Notes under the pieces: generated by a model | Database searches by the model: none | Told to the model about the DNA's origin: nothing | The model's input: only the letters and a program-made list of their open reading frames with translations | Made by a program: the position numbers and the translations under genes | Shown: positions 53,501 to 64,000 of the stretch, in pieces | Layout: the number at the start of each line of letters is the position of its first letter | Position numbering within the stretch: the stretch's first letter is position 1 | NCBI GenBank assembly: GCA_907165135.1 | Contig: OU015568.1 | Span: forward strand, 10,230,001-10,294,000 | Direction of reading: 5' to 3' | From: Oikopleura dioica | Lineage: Eukaryota; Animalia; Chordata | DNA length: 64,000 nucleotides

Positions 53501-55817
53501 AGAAAACTGAATTAGAAAAAAATAGATTAAATAAAATATCTAACCACTAAAAGGTGCTAGAGAGCTAAGAAAGTCAAAAAAATGGCAAAAATCAGTTAAA
53601 AAACATTTTGTAAAGAAAAATTCTACAATCCTTGACGGAATCACATGCCTGTACTAGAGATTGTAGATTAGGGGTCAAGGAAGACAGTTGTTATTGATTT
53701 AGGGCTCTATCTAAGAGCAGAAAAACTAAGTTCGATTTTGAAAATGGCCCAAAGTAGGGTTTTTCGCGAGTATCAATGTTTTCAGCCCGTCTTTTCAAGG
53801 TGTTTCCCCTTATGAAAATTAATTTCTGTACTAGAGTTTGTTCATTAAAAAAGGGGCTTCAAAATGAGCCCTCATACTTGTAAAAAGCTCAGTCCTAAAA
53901 AAAGTAGTTCGAAGTCAAAGTTGACGAAATCGGGGGATCCCTTAAGCTCCTCCTTGAAAATTTCCCGGGTCATCCACCCGTTCTGGTTAGAGTACGCAAC
54001 GAAGCACGGAAATTTTTTCGCCAGCATCGTTGTGCCATTTGACACAAAAGTACGGGAGCTTTCCAGCCCAGACCAAGTGGTCATTTTATTTGCTAAAAAA
54101 ATTTACAAAATTTCATATTCCGGACCAAGGTCTTATGGCCCAGAAAATTTCCGGACCAAGTTATCTTATGGCCCAGAAATTTCCGGACCAAGTTTTTTTT
54201 GGCCCAGAATTTCTTTCTGATATTTTTCAGTAAATGATTGATAAATGATGTGTTTTTCTTTTGGTAAAATTAATTAAATAAAAGAAGAAGGTAAATGTTA
54301 TATTTTTGAGTACCTTTGACGATGACCCCTGGTAGAAAGGATCCATCGCCGTCAGCGGAAATGATCGGAGTAAGGGTGAAGCGGAGGCGCTCATCTTTCG
54401 CTTTTGATTTTCGAAAACATTCATTCTTGCGAATGATCAGACGTTTTTCTGGAGCATACGCAATGAACATGGCGGATTCGTCGAGGTTCCAAATGTTCCC
54501 ATCATCATAACCACTGCACATTGCCATTAGCCGAGCCAGTTCCATTTTCATCTCTACGTCAGAAAGAATGACCTTCGTACTAACTGACCGTGTAATTTTC
54601 AAATTATACGACTTGATGATTCGGTTGCAGTAGTCTGGATGGAAAGACATTGACGTAATTTCTTCCTTGTCTTTATATTTCTCCGTAGCTGCAAGTTTAT
54701 GAGCTTCATCCTGCAGGCCAACAACGCCCTCAATGTCCACAGTCGAAGATTCAATTATCGCCAGAAGATCATCGTCAAACTCTTTTCGAATGTCACTCTG
54801 CTTGTAGTCTGGTCGGCAACGGTTCGCAACCTTTCCAGCAGCCAGAATCTCGTCTGCTTTATTTCTCCAATCGTAGAATGTTGCTCTAGGCAGCTTTTTA
54901 TGTTCTTTCTTCTCGAAATATTTGTTGACTTCTTTGTATCCGGCGCCAGCTTTGATTAATCGACAGTAAAACTGCCTTTGTTTGAATTCTACATCGACAC
55001 GGGTAGATCCTGGCCGTTTTCTCTGCTTTTTTCTCGACATTTTACGTTTTGAATAAAAAACAAGCATTTTGAAAACAAAAATTTTTTCCATCTAGAATCC
55101 GCACAATTACGGACATTTTGCCCTTTTTGCTGAAAAAAAAGTGTCCGGAATTGTGCGTAACGACTGTATAGTAAAGTGTAATTCACACTTATTACGATTT
55201 CAAAGCCAAATACAGACATGACTGGACTGTTCGAAAACCCGAAAATGGTCCATGTTGTAGCCCAAATGGCTACTGTGTGCCAACCAAATGGGATTGCACA
55301 TGTCCAGATTGTGTGGATTTTCTTGAACTGAAAGCTCGTAAGTTATGAAAAAATCTGATTTTGTTCCTTTCATTTTTTTCATTTGAAGATAAAGACGAAG
55401 CTGTCGAGCACAAAAAAGGTGAAACCTGCTGTCCGTTGGTCAAAATACACACAAAATTATTTTTCAGGATCAGAGTTCTTAGTTGACAGAAAAAAGGTGC
55501 TAAACTTAAGGCTCCTGATTGAAAAATGCATGATCAAAACTCTTTAAAGAGGTATCTACAGAAAAATCATTATCAATGAGGAACAAGCTGAATACGTCTC
55601 TAAAGAGCTTTCGAATGAAAAGCCAATTTACAAGCTCGTTTATGGCGAATTCAACTCTGAGGAAATGGGATGGCACATTCAAATGCTTCAAAATGACAGC
55701 TACATTCCGATTAATGCTTACGATAAAATAACTACAGCGAATAAATGCCCACGAAAGCTTGCCGGATTATATGGACTTGACGTTTTTGTTGACTGTTTTC
55801 ATGAAAAATACAATTAA
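50528..55817 (+). CDS. GT31-family beta-1,3-glycosyltransferase (type II membrane), probably with a C-terminal Cys-rich region beyond the pogo insertion
   Basis: TM IFLFVIFLCIYFVV; DSIRKSFG; KFVFLLG; DDIIYGSFQDSYWNLTFK; YRGDDDNF; YPKYASGSG; IDDAFIG. Exons after 55176 (PCCSPNGYC...CTCPDCVDF) join in frame by eye. The extension is less certain than the core (50528-52360). Confidence 0.7.
50843..51156. mobile_element. 314-bp hAT-type MITE with internal (GCTCA)n repeats, probably intronic in the GT31 gene
   Basis: Imperfect TIR CAGAGTTGCAAATTTGC / CAGTGATGCAAATTTTGC; exact 8-bp TSD GTAACACA (50835-50842, 51157-51164). Confidence 0.88.
52409..55166 (-). mobile_element. pogo/Tigger-like DNA transposon (2758 bp) with an intron-containing transposase
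   Basis: 21-bp TIR CAGTCGTTACGCACAATTCCG; TA TSD; HTH (LPRATFYDW); IWNLDES; WMTREIF; LLLLDNFSGH; YQPLDQ; CWRKSGI; C-terminal PIP-box-like KQASILSFF. Confidence 0.93.
53257..53941. mobile_element. MITE with TTAA target duplication and GG termini, nested in the pogo transposase exon
   Basis: TIR GGGATCCCC(TC)CCGATTT (TC present in the left copy only); TTAA at 53253-53256 and 53942-53945; empty site on the minus strand reads GAG CTT AAG AGA TTC (ELKRF). Confidence 0.88.
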
Positions 55818-56100
55818 TTATCGATCAACGGGTTTTGAGCGACAACTAATTCTATACTGAATACCTCTTTTATCATTTATAATAAAACAAACAAAAAGAC
55901 CGTTGCAATGATATTGGAAGACAACCTTATTATTTGCCTTAAAGCATTGTGATTTCTTCTTGTTGTATTAACGCGCACGATTTCGTTTGACATTTTGATA
56001 ATATCGAAGATGTCCTCAAAATAGTTTGTTTTTTTGCCATTCCAAAATATCAGCATTTCTTCAGTTCGGATCTCTGAATCGTCTTGGTAAAAAGAGAAAA

Positions 56101-57440
56101 ATGGAAAGTTCTGTTAAAGACTTTGTTTTTATTTTGATTTTTTGTTTCGTCGTTTTATGGGCAAACACGTTGAACCTGTCGGAAGATAAAACTGAGAATT
56201 TTATCGCACCCTTTTTTAAAACACAAGAATCGGATACGGAAGATGTGATCAACTTTCCAGTAGATGAAGCGACTAAAAAAAGCAGAATTTACAAAACATT
56301 TGTGAAGAGAAGAAAACACCTCAATTTCGTGTGCGAGCGATCGAGACAAATTATCAATTTGTATCAGGACAAATCCGCGACTTCTTTGAAGCTCATGAAC
56401 TACCAGAAAAATATAAATAATTCCGGAAAAGACTATATTTCATGCAAGCCAATTACCCATCCGCTTGGTTTGCCTGACAATCTCTTCAAAAACGAAAGTA
56501 AAAAAAAGTCGCAAAGCCAAGATAATAAATTGACCTGTTTTAGAATATAAATTAAGAACATGTCTTCCGACCAAAACCGGAAGCACCAGCTGGCTGAAAG
56601 CACTTAGCTCTCTTAAATTTTCTGATGGAATGTGGAGTCCCAATGTTATTGAGCATGGATCACTAAAGTTAAAATTTAATTTCCCAAACACAATTTTTGA
56701 CCCAGAATTTGAATTGACAGAATTTTTCGCTGCAATTCAGTCGAAGTTGGCCATTACAATTGAAGATCCATGAAAAAGATAACGAGTGGTCATATCCAGA
56801 AAAAATGCATCGAAACGCATGGTTACTTGAGCAGCAAATTTTCGGCAGAACTGGTAGCGAAGAATGGATGACGCTGATGACAGTACGTCATCCGATGGCG
56901 AGGCTCTATTCAGCATGGAAGGATAAATTTAGAAAAGGTCATGCATATCTTGGGACGATCGAAAGTCAGTTCGGGTATTATTTGACCAAATTCGAGCGCC
57001 AAAACATGCAAAACTCGACCTATCAATACTCGTTTGAAGCTTTCGTCGAAGTTGTCGCTCTTTCCGATTTCGATGGGCAAAGAGACCGACACTGGCAGTC
57101 AATTCACACCTACTGCAATCCGTGCGCCATTCCTTACGAATTCATTATAAAACAAGAATATGCTTTTGAAGAAAACGACTTCGTTTTGCGCGTGTTTGAC
57201 CGAGAAGACAGATTTCAAAATCTGAAGAGCATTCCGCAGATATCTTCGTGGGGCCGAAAGATGAAAAATAAGCCGATCGATGTAGACGAGATGCTTGAGC
57301 CCTGGAGAAATGTCAGCAAAAGGACAATAAGAAGGATTTATAAAATATTTTTCATGGATTTCGTATATTTTGACTACAGAATCGAGAAGTTCATTGCCGC
57401 TGGAAAAAATGGTTTATTCCAAAATTATCGAAATTCATAA
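56101..57440 (+). CDS. Carbohydrate sulfotransferase (HNK-1ST/CHST8-14 family)
   Basis: N-terminal TM; RRKHLNFVC; 5'-PSB CLPTKTGSTSW; 3'-PB VRHPMARLYSAWKDKF; RHWQSIHTYCNPCAIPYEFI; DFVYFDY. Confidence 0.88.
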
Positions 57441-58544
57441 TACGATTTAAACTTTAGATGACGGCGAGCTGGAATCGTTGAGAAAAGTGCTCAAAGAGAG
57501 AATCGATCTCCAGGGATCATTAATAAGGTGGAGAGAGACAACTCATTGCACCGGAAACTTCCCGGAAGGTTGTCAATTTGTAGAGTTCCCAGGATTCATT
57601 CTTTCATGCTCAATTCAATTGTCAACAAAGGATTTTGAAGGTTTCTAAATTAATTTTAACTTTTCAAGATTTTTTTTTTCAGAGGCGAAAAAAGAGGCAT
57701 GTCAATATCATCCAGACAAAGGAATTCACGGAATCGGAATAAACGATGGAAGTTACTGCCTCGCTACAATTGATGATAAATTAATGAGAACAGATGATAA
57801 TCGAACGATAAGTTGGGTGCGAAGGGAGCTACCAATTATTATTACGGAGAGCTTTCAACCCGGTTATTTTTTCACGAGTTCTGATAAAACACCAAAATAA
57901 ACAAAGCTTAAACCTAATCCGGTCAATTTCATTCCGTTAACAATCTTGTTATTTTCAGCCCTATTTGAAGGCTGGTTATTTACAAGGAGAAATAAATAGC
58001 AAAAAGAAACGTTCAGAAATCTTTCTTGCATGGAGCGTAAAAAATAAGTGACCTTGGCCAAATTGTAAAAAGAACAAGCGAGTGGCCGCGCATGCTCGCA
58101 GTTGGGCCAATATTTGAGCTATTTAGATCAAAAACGAGCTCTTTTAAAAAAAATCTGTCGCCCATAATTTTGTAAGCGACGCCAGGCGGAGCTATCGCTG
58201 CCCAGAGAGGAGACATGTCGAGCTTTCTAAAAGGTAAAAAACGACGATAGAAGGAATTTACGGCAGATAAATGATTTCGAGTGAAAAAGCTGGTGGAATT
58301 TACTCTGGCTACCAAAATTCATGAATGCGAGATAAAAGTAGCGTAAATAAATTTCAACGGGACGGGAGGGCACAAATCAAAGTGATGGCCAGATTGAGAA
58401 AAATCGAAAATCGTGGCAGACATGGATTTGTATTTTTTGAACCAAGAGAAAATTCTGTATTTTACGGATTCGATCAATAACGGTACTTTTTCCGAAGAAT
58501 TTTCGTTTTCGCGATTTAAGAGAATTAAATGAATTATTGAAGGT

Positions 58545-59911
58545 GTGAAAGCAAAGAGCTTGGATCAATCAACAGAGGAGAAGATCTCACTCAACAGCCC
58601 GATCGACGACTTTGTCATTGCCTGCCATAAAGGTATCTTCTTATCAATATTTGCGGCTGTCTTTATCGAGCTTATTTTGAAGGGTACGCGCGTGATGTCG
58701 AAAAATATATCGCCTCGGCGGCGTATATTCCAAACCAGACGGATTTTTGGATGGAAAAGGTTCAAAAAGTTACTTTTTCCATAAAAATCTGATATTTATG
58801 TCATATTAAAATATTGTTTGGTCGCCCAGACTTTTGGGCTCAAAAATTTAAATCGTGACACCCTTCGTTATTTTTATAGAAATATTATCAAGAAATCAAT
58901 AAAATTTATTCCTTGATCTTAGATTAAAAATGAACCACAAAAAGACAGGTTTACACGCTGCCTGCGCTGGATGTCATCTCTATTTACGGGCTGTCAAAGA
59001 CTCGTGTTTTTCTTCTTTTATCGAATGTGTTTTTGACCTCGGCCAAGATCATCCAAATCCTGCTGAATAAAGGCGAAGACCCAACGATCGAGGACAAGCG
59101 GGGAAACTCGCCGCTGCAGCTGTTTGTCAAGTGGAACGCCATCAGTATTGACATGATCGACGATTATAGGTGGGAAAAGAGCGTCGCCGAGTAAACACAG
59201 CTAGATTCGCGCATAATTTACTTCCTGCCTAAAAATTTGTTCAGGCGGGTTCTTCGGATTTATCTCGAATGCCTGGAGAAAAAATATGGAAGCAAGGCGA
59301 TCGACAAAATTTACAGCAACGGAAACGCTTGTCTCCATACAGCAAGTGAGTTTCTTCGGAGCGATACAGTACTTCGAATATTTTGAATGCTTTGAATTTG
59401 AAAGATTGACAAGTCCCGGAAATACCAAAGTCGCCGATAAATAACTACGGGAGACACTTAATTGCACTGGGCAAATAGCGCACATTTCCGTTATCGAGGA
59501 TTTACTGTTGACTTTGGACTTACTTAGTTTTTTCGAGGGTCAGATGGATCAATACAGATTGCAATATCTTCTTATCAGATAATCATTTTCAGCTTGAAAT
59601 TTGGCAGAAACTGTCTGGTTGTTCTTATGAAGAAAACCGCTCTACATTCCCTCCTAACTATTTTTTCAGTCATTTTCGCCGAACATACGACAGTAGAACT
59701 ACTCCTCAAATCTGGCGCAGACATCAACCTCATGAACAAAAAACACGACAGCGCTTTGATGCTTGTAAAAGATCTCAAAACAAAGAATCCAAAAAAATAC
59801 GAAACGATGTATCACATCGTCATTTCTTCCTTGAGAGGCAACGAAGAGCTCAGAAGCCCGAGGTTTGGGCGGAAGAAGATTCATGAAGAAAAGGCACTAA
59901 TTGAAACTTAA
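58545..59911 (+). CDS. Ankyrin-repeat protein; 5' end not resolved
   Basis: IIQILLNKGEDPTIEDKRGNSPL and TVELLLKSGADINLMNKKHDSALM are ankyrin-consensus segments. Confidence 0.65.
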
Positions 59912-60026
59912 AAAATTTCTTTGAAATTTGTAAATAAAAAACTGGCGCATGAAGAGATCCCTTACTTTCAAGAGTATTTACTCGATGCGAGTTCGCTCAC
60001 GACTGATACTCTGATTATGTGGATTC

Positions 60027-60124
60027 ATTCCTTGTGAGAGGCGAGAGGGATAGGAGAAAGGGGGCATGGAGACGATTCTTACCTGTTCTAGACAATCGAA
60101 ATCGGACTCAAAAATGGGATGAGT
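60027..60124 (-). ncRNA. SL RNA gene variant with a 42-nt exon (60083-60124)
   Basis: Minus strand ACTCATCCCATTTTTGAGTCCGATTTCGATTGTCTAGAACAG|GTAAGAA, a 2-nt insertion relative to the copy at 47242. Confidence 0.88.
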
Positions 60125-60361
60125 AAGGAGGAGGGTGCTTGATTTCGAGGTCGTTTGGTCGCTGCACGCTCCTATTTTCGTCCTCTTTTGGAAAAGCGCG
60201 CGGTGGAGGGCGCTTTTCTCTAACGCCACGCCGCCCGCCCGACGCCCTGATTCAACAAGAAATTATTCTCTCCTTCACACTTCACTTGAGTAGCTGAAAC
60301 CAAAATTATAACAATTGTGAAGTATCTGGTAGCAAAAACTGGCGTTTTGAAAATAATCAAA

Positions 60362-60481
60362 ACGCTTAGCGCACGAGGTATTCCCAACCGGTCACCCATG
60401 TAAGTACTAACCACGCCCGTCGTAGTCTAACTTCAGTGATCGGACGAGAACTAGTTCATTCTACGCGGTATGACGCTAAGC
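60362..60481 (-). rRNA. 5S rRNA, full length
   Basis: GCTTAGCGTCATACC...GGTTAGTACTT...GGGAATACCTCGTGCGCTAAGC; helices I, II (bulged A) and III (AA bulge) pair by inspection; TTTT terminator; SL gene about 240 nt downstream. Confidence 0.92.
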
Positions 60482-60662
60482 AATTGCGTCTATGCTTAGC
60501 CTGCTTATAAAAGAAGAACGGAAGAGACGTTTGACCAAATGGATGAATAAAGACCTGACTTTTAAATCATCTCATTGATCCTTGATTTATATTGAAATAT
60601 ATTTTATTTGAAAATAGATAATATAGATTTATGAAGATAAAAATATGCAGGTGTTTGTATTT

Positions 60663-62944
60663 TTATCTGTTCATCGTTGTTCCTCGTCGCAGGCTCTGTC
60701 TATTTGAATAGTCCTTTGCGTAATCACTCAAACCCATCGTTTGGTGTCTGGAGACGCGAGAAAGCGTAGACGTAGTTCTTGCACGGCTCATTCTTGAGCT
60801 TCGTTTGTACCAATCTTGAACCGAGGCTTTCGACATCTCATATGAGATTCCGTGGTCGGCGCCTTGGAGCATCTTGCGTTCTTCTTCCTCGAGTGCTTCC
60901 AATCGACTCTGAGCTTCAGCCATGAATTGACGGCGAATGTGGGGGAACATTTCGAGGACCTTTTCAAGAGTTAAGATAATAAAGAATAAAATTGGACCGT
61001 CCAATTTCGTCTATTTAGTTGGTAGACTTCTGTCGCCAGTCGACAAAAAATTGAAATAAAAGTTCAACTTTTACAATCTCAACTCTTTCCTGATTCATGT
61101 CATCCACGTCAAGTGAGTACATGTAGCAATACGATTCAGCAAAAACGCTTGCAGTTCTCCTCTTCGTTGGGTGAAGAAGGGCAATTTCTCCGAAGTACTC
61201 GCCGTCTGTCAGGACTCGAGAACTGCCAAGATTTTTGTAACTGAGGATTCGAACGGAGCCACGAGAGATGAAGAACATTTTCCGACCAAGAGTGCCTTGC
61301 CGGATGATTTCGTCGCCGTAAAGGTAGACTTCGAACTTGAGCTTCGTGAGTAGCTTGTCGATGAAGTCGTCGTCGCACTCTGAAAATATTGGGATAAAGT
61401 CTTATCAATCTGATTGAAAGCTACCTAAGAACATGGGAACAGCATCAATGAGTTCTCGGCAAGAAGCATTGATGAGCTGCTGACGGAGACTTTCGTTAAG
61501 CTCGGATTTGATTTGCTCCTCATTGAACATTTTTCCTTGGTATCGATTCTCGTAATAGTCGGTGATTCGCTTTCGGAGTTCAACCGGTAGTTTTCGGAAG
61601 CTCATGTATTCTGAAATAATGGTTCCATGCTGAAGAAAGATTGAGTCTTACGTTTGACAGACGCAATTTTCTCCTTGTAGAGTCGTTTCGAAGCATTGTG
61701 ACTTTGGACAATTGAAGTCAAGATACCAATGCATGCGGCGAATAAGATCGCGCCGGTAATCATCATACAAATCGTCACGATCTTGTCTTTTCGGCTGACA
61801 GGAGGGAACAGTCCATACCCAATGCAGATCATTTGAGACATCGCCCGAAACAATGACCACATATACTGAAAAGTGTTTAATTTAAAATTCACGGAGAGCG
61901 ACAAACCTGTATTTTTAATTCTTTGTATTCCAAGTTTCTAAATGCAATCCAAGTATCTGGAGGGATATCGTAAACAAGCGGTATCGCAAACTGGAAGCAA
62001 GCTGATATATGACAAAAAGTGAGGATGAGCATGAGGACCCCAAGCAACTTGAAAGCAATTACTGCTGTGTCATACTGGAATAACTCAATTTCTTTCCACT
62101 AAAATCAGTTAGAAATATTCCCTTTTGTATATCGAAATACCTGATGCTTCGTTCGAAAAACTTTAGTAACACGAATCAGCCTGAGAAGCTGAAAGAGCTT
62201 TACAATTTTCATCAAGCCCAGATTTCCATGCGTAGCGCCACTGATTGCTTCCCATATTATGCTTACTGGAATAGTTGAGATGAAATCAAAGAAGAACCAT
62301 CCCCTAAAATTTACTGTTATGACGTTCTCAGAAACAAAACTTACTTGAGATATGCCATTCTTATCTTCTTTGGATCCATAACGATGATATTTTCAGCTTC
62401 GTTTTCCACAATTCCCGTGCGGAAGTTGAGTAAGATGTCGGTCGCGAAGAGGACGTCTGTGATGATGTTCACAACCATTGCTGTGTAGCGGTGAGTGCAG
62501 CTGCTCTCATGCCCGAAAGGAGAGTAAAAATCGAACGCGGGAAAGGCCAGAAAGACGGGAAATGTGTAGATGATAATTATAATTAGGAAGATCATCATCA
62601 AGTCCCACATGAAGCGAAATGTTGAGTAAGGATGGATTATTCTCTGTAGAGCTCCTTCTCGCTAAAATATTTCAAAATTAAATTGGTTCCTTGAGTTCGA
62701 AAGTACTCACGGAACTATTTATCTTCTGAAGTCGTTCGCTCTCTCTAAGAACTGCTTTGACTGATCCATACTTTCTGATAAGTCGCTGGCTGACTGGTAT
62801 TCCAGTCATGCTCTCTCTGTCTTTCTTCTTTCGCCCCGCACTATTTGCAGGCATTTTTGCCGTCTCATTCGGCATCTGAAATAGATGTTCAAACCCCGAT
62901 TTATCAACAATCAGTTTAGCCTTAACTTTAGAAATATCAATCAT
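60663..62944 (-). CDS. HCN: HCN-type cyclic-nucleotide-gated cation channel; start approximate
   Basis: IIHPYSTFRFMWD; LNFRTGI; AMSQMICIGYG filter; EYMSFRKLP; YYENRYQGKMF; YFGEIALL; RRTASV. Confidence 0.93.
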
Positions 62945-63456
62945 AAAATAAAAGAACTATCAATCGAAAATTGAACCCAAGTTCATACCTTTTTATATTC
63001 TTGCTGAGGACCGTCAAAGCTTTTGCAAGCTAAATGGTAAAATGTCAAAATTTTAAAAAGTCAATAGACATTCTAGAGAAATTTCAGTTTTTCAAAAATT
63101 TTGTCAATCAACTATTTTCAAAAAATATCCCAGTAAATCAGTCGTTGTAGCGTATAATTCAACAGGCAAGAGAGTAACGCCAATGACCTTCTACCAGTGC
63201 TCATTATAAAGTCTTCTTTTGCTTCAAAAATGATTTTGCGGAGACTGAAGATAAATTAAGAGAAAAATGTCGTTTTCTGAGGCTTCATTCGAGCGTCTCT
63301 AGAACACCGATGAGCACTATGTTGTCAGTTCTAATTTTTGTCAGTTTGTAAGGAACCCGAAATGGCTGCGCGTCGCCCGACTACGATTCAGCTCGGCAGG
63401 CTCACAAGTAGGCTATCAAAAACTCTCTTTCTCAGAATTTTTTTTTTCAATTTTAG

Positions 63457-64000
63457 ACGATTATGAACTCGGGGAATACTTAGCATCAGGAGGATGCGGG
63501 ACTGTAATGATGTGTAAAAAGAGGGGCGACAACGAAAACAAGCAATACGTCCTAAAGTATATGGACCTCAATGAGCTCACTACAAACAAAGCGAACGGTG
63601 CCCAACGTGAAGCCGAGGAACGGGTTTAATTCAGTACATTTTGTTTTAATTTGCGTAGAATGATACCTCACCCGCAAAAAGCTGATGCAAAATATTAACC
63701 ATCCAAATATTGTTACGTTGTATGAGGTTTTTGAATGCGATAACAAGCTGCATCTTGTGATGGAATATTGCGACAGAGGGGACTTGAGAGACAGAATCAC
63801 TGAAAGGAGATACAAAAGGCGACCCTTTAACTATTCTCTTATTCGAAGATGGATGCTGCAGCTTGCAAAGGTAAGCGCTTATCATGAAATAACTTCATCA
63901 AATTGAAATTAAGGGTGTCAAGGCGCTGCATGAAGCAGGAATCGTTCACCGAGACATCAAACCTGAAAATATTTTCCTGACTGGACATACTGATGATATT
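63457..64000 (+). CDS. Ser/Thr protein kinase, NEK-like (partial; runs off the window end)
   Basis: LASGGCGTV; YVLKYM; REAE|[11 protein letters not shown]; [11 protein letters not shown]; [12 protein letters not shown]. Confidence 0.85.

Noticed and set aside
57864-58315. Minus-strand ORFs as a membrane-protein gene
   Set aside because: No recognisable motif and I could not build a consistent splice model; left uncalled.
46957-60400. The inverted 5S-SL units as the ends of one large transposon
   Set aside because: No target-site duplication seen, and the arms are diverged and unequally truncated.
62140-62230. Possible Arg-to-Gln gating-pore substitution in the HCN S4 helix
   Set aside because: Aligning from the HQW anchor places the Gln on the conserved neutral Ser position; the distal charges are retained.

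Overview
Eukaryotic genomic DNA, almost certainly the larvacean tunicate Oikopleura dioica. The evidence is an exact 40-nt spliced-leader exon linked to 5S rRNA, very short introns, operon-like gene packing and non-canonical GA-AG/GG-AG splice sites. Genes in order: probable UTP5/WDR43 3' end, a divergent SUMO paralogue, SUMO, CTP synthase, a ShKT-EGF protein hosting tRNA-Gly, a non-alpha nAChR subunit, an Elk/TCF ETS factor in about 7 kb of ETS/GATA-motif-rich DNA, PLBD1, an inactive PLA2-like protein, a PqaA/AprA-like hydrolase, SMC3, a UDP-galactopyranose-mutase-like flavoprotein, a sushi-mucin, a trypsin-like protease, a GT31 glycosyltransferase, a carbohydrate sulfotransferase, an ankyrin protein, an HCN channel and a NEK-like kinase. 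Two inverted 5S-SL units flank a transposon-rich 12.7 kb block. The most striking observation is three DNA-transposon insertions (one hAT-type, two TTAA/GG-ended) that sit inside coding exons yet carry or create splice sites that would remove them in frame: a hAT element whose TIR is both donor and acceptor, and two MITEs that leave no protein footprint if spliced as GG-AG introns. All gene models, alignments and motif calls were made by eye; no searches were run, and splicing is predicted, not observed.
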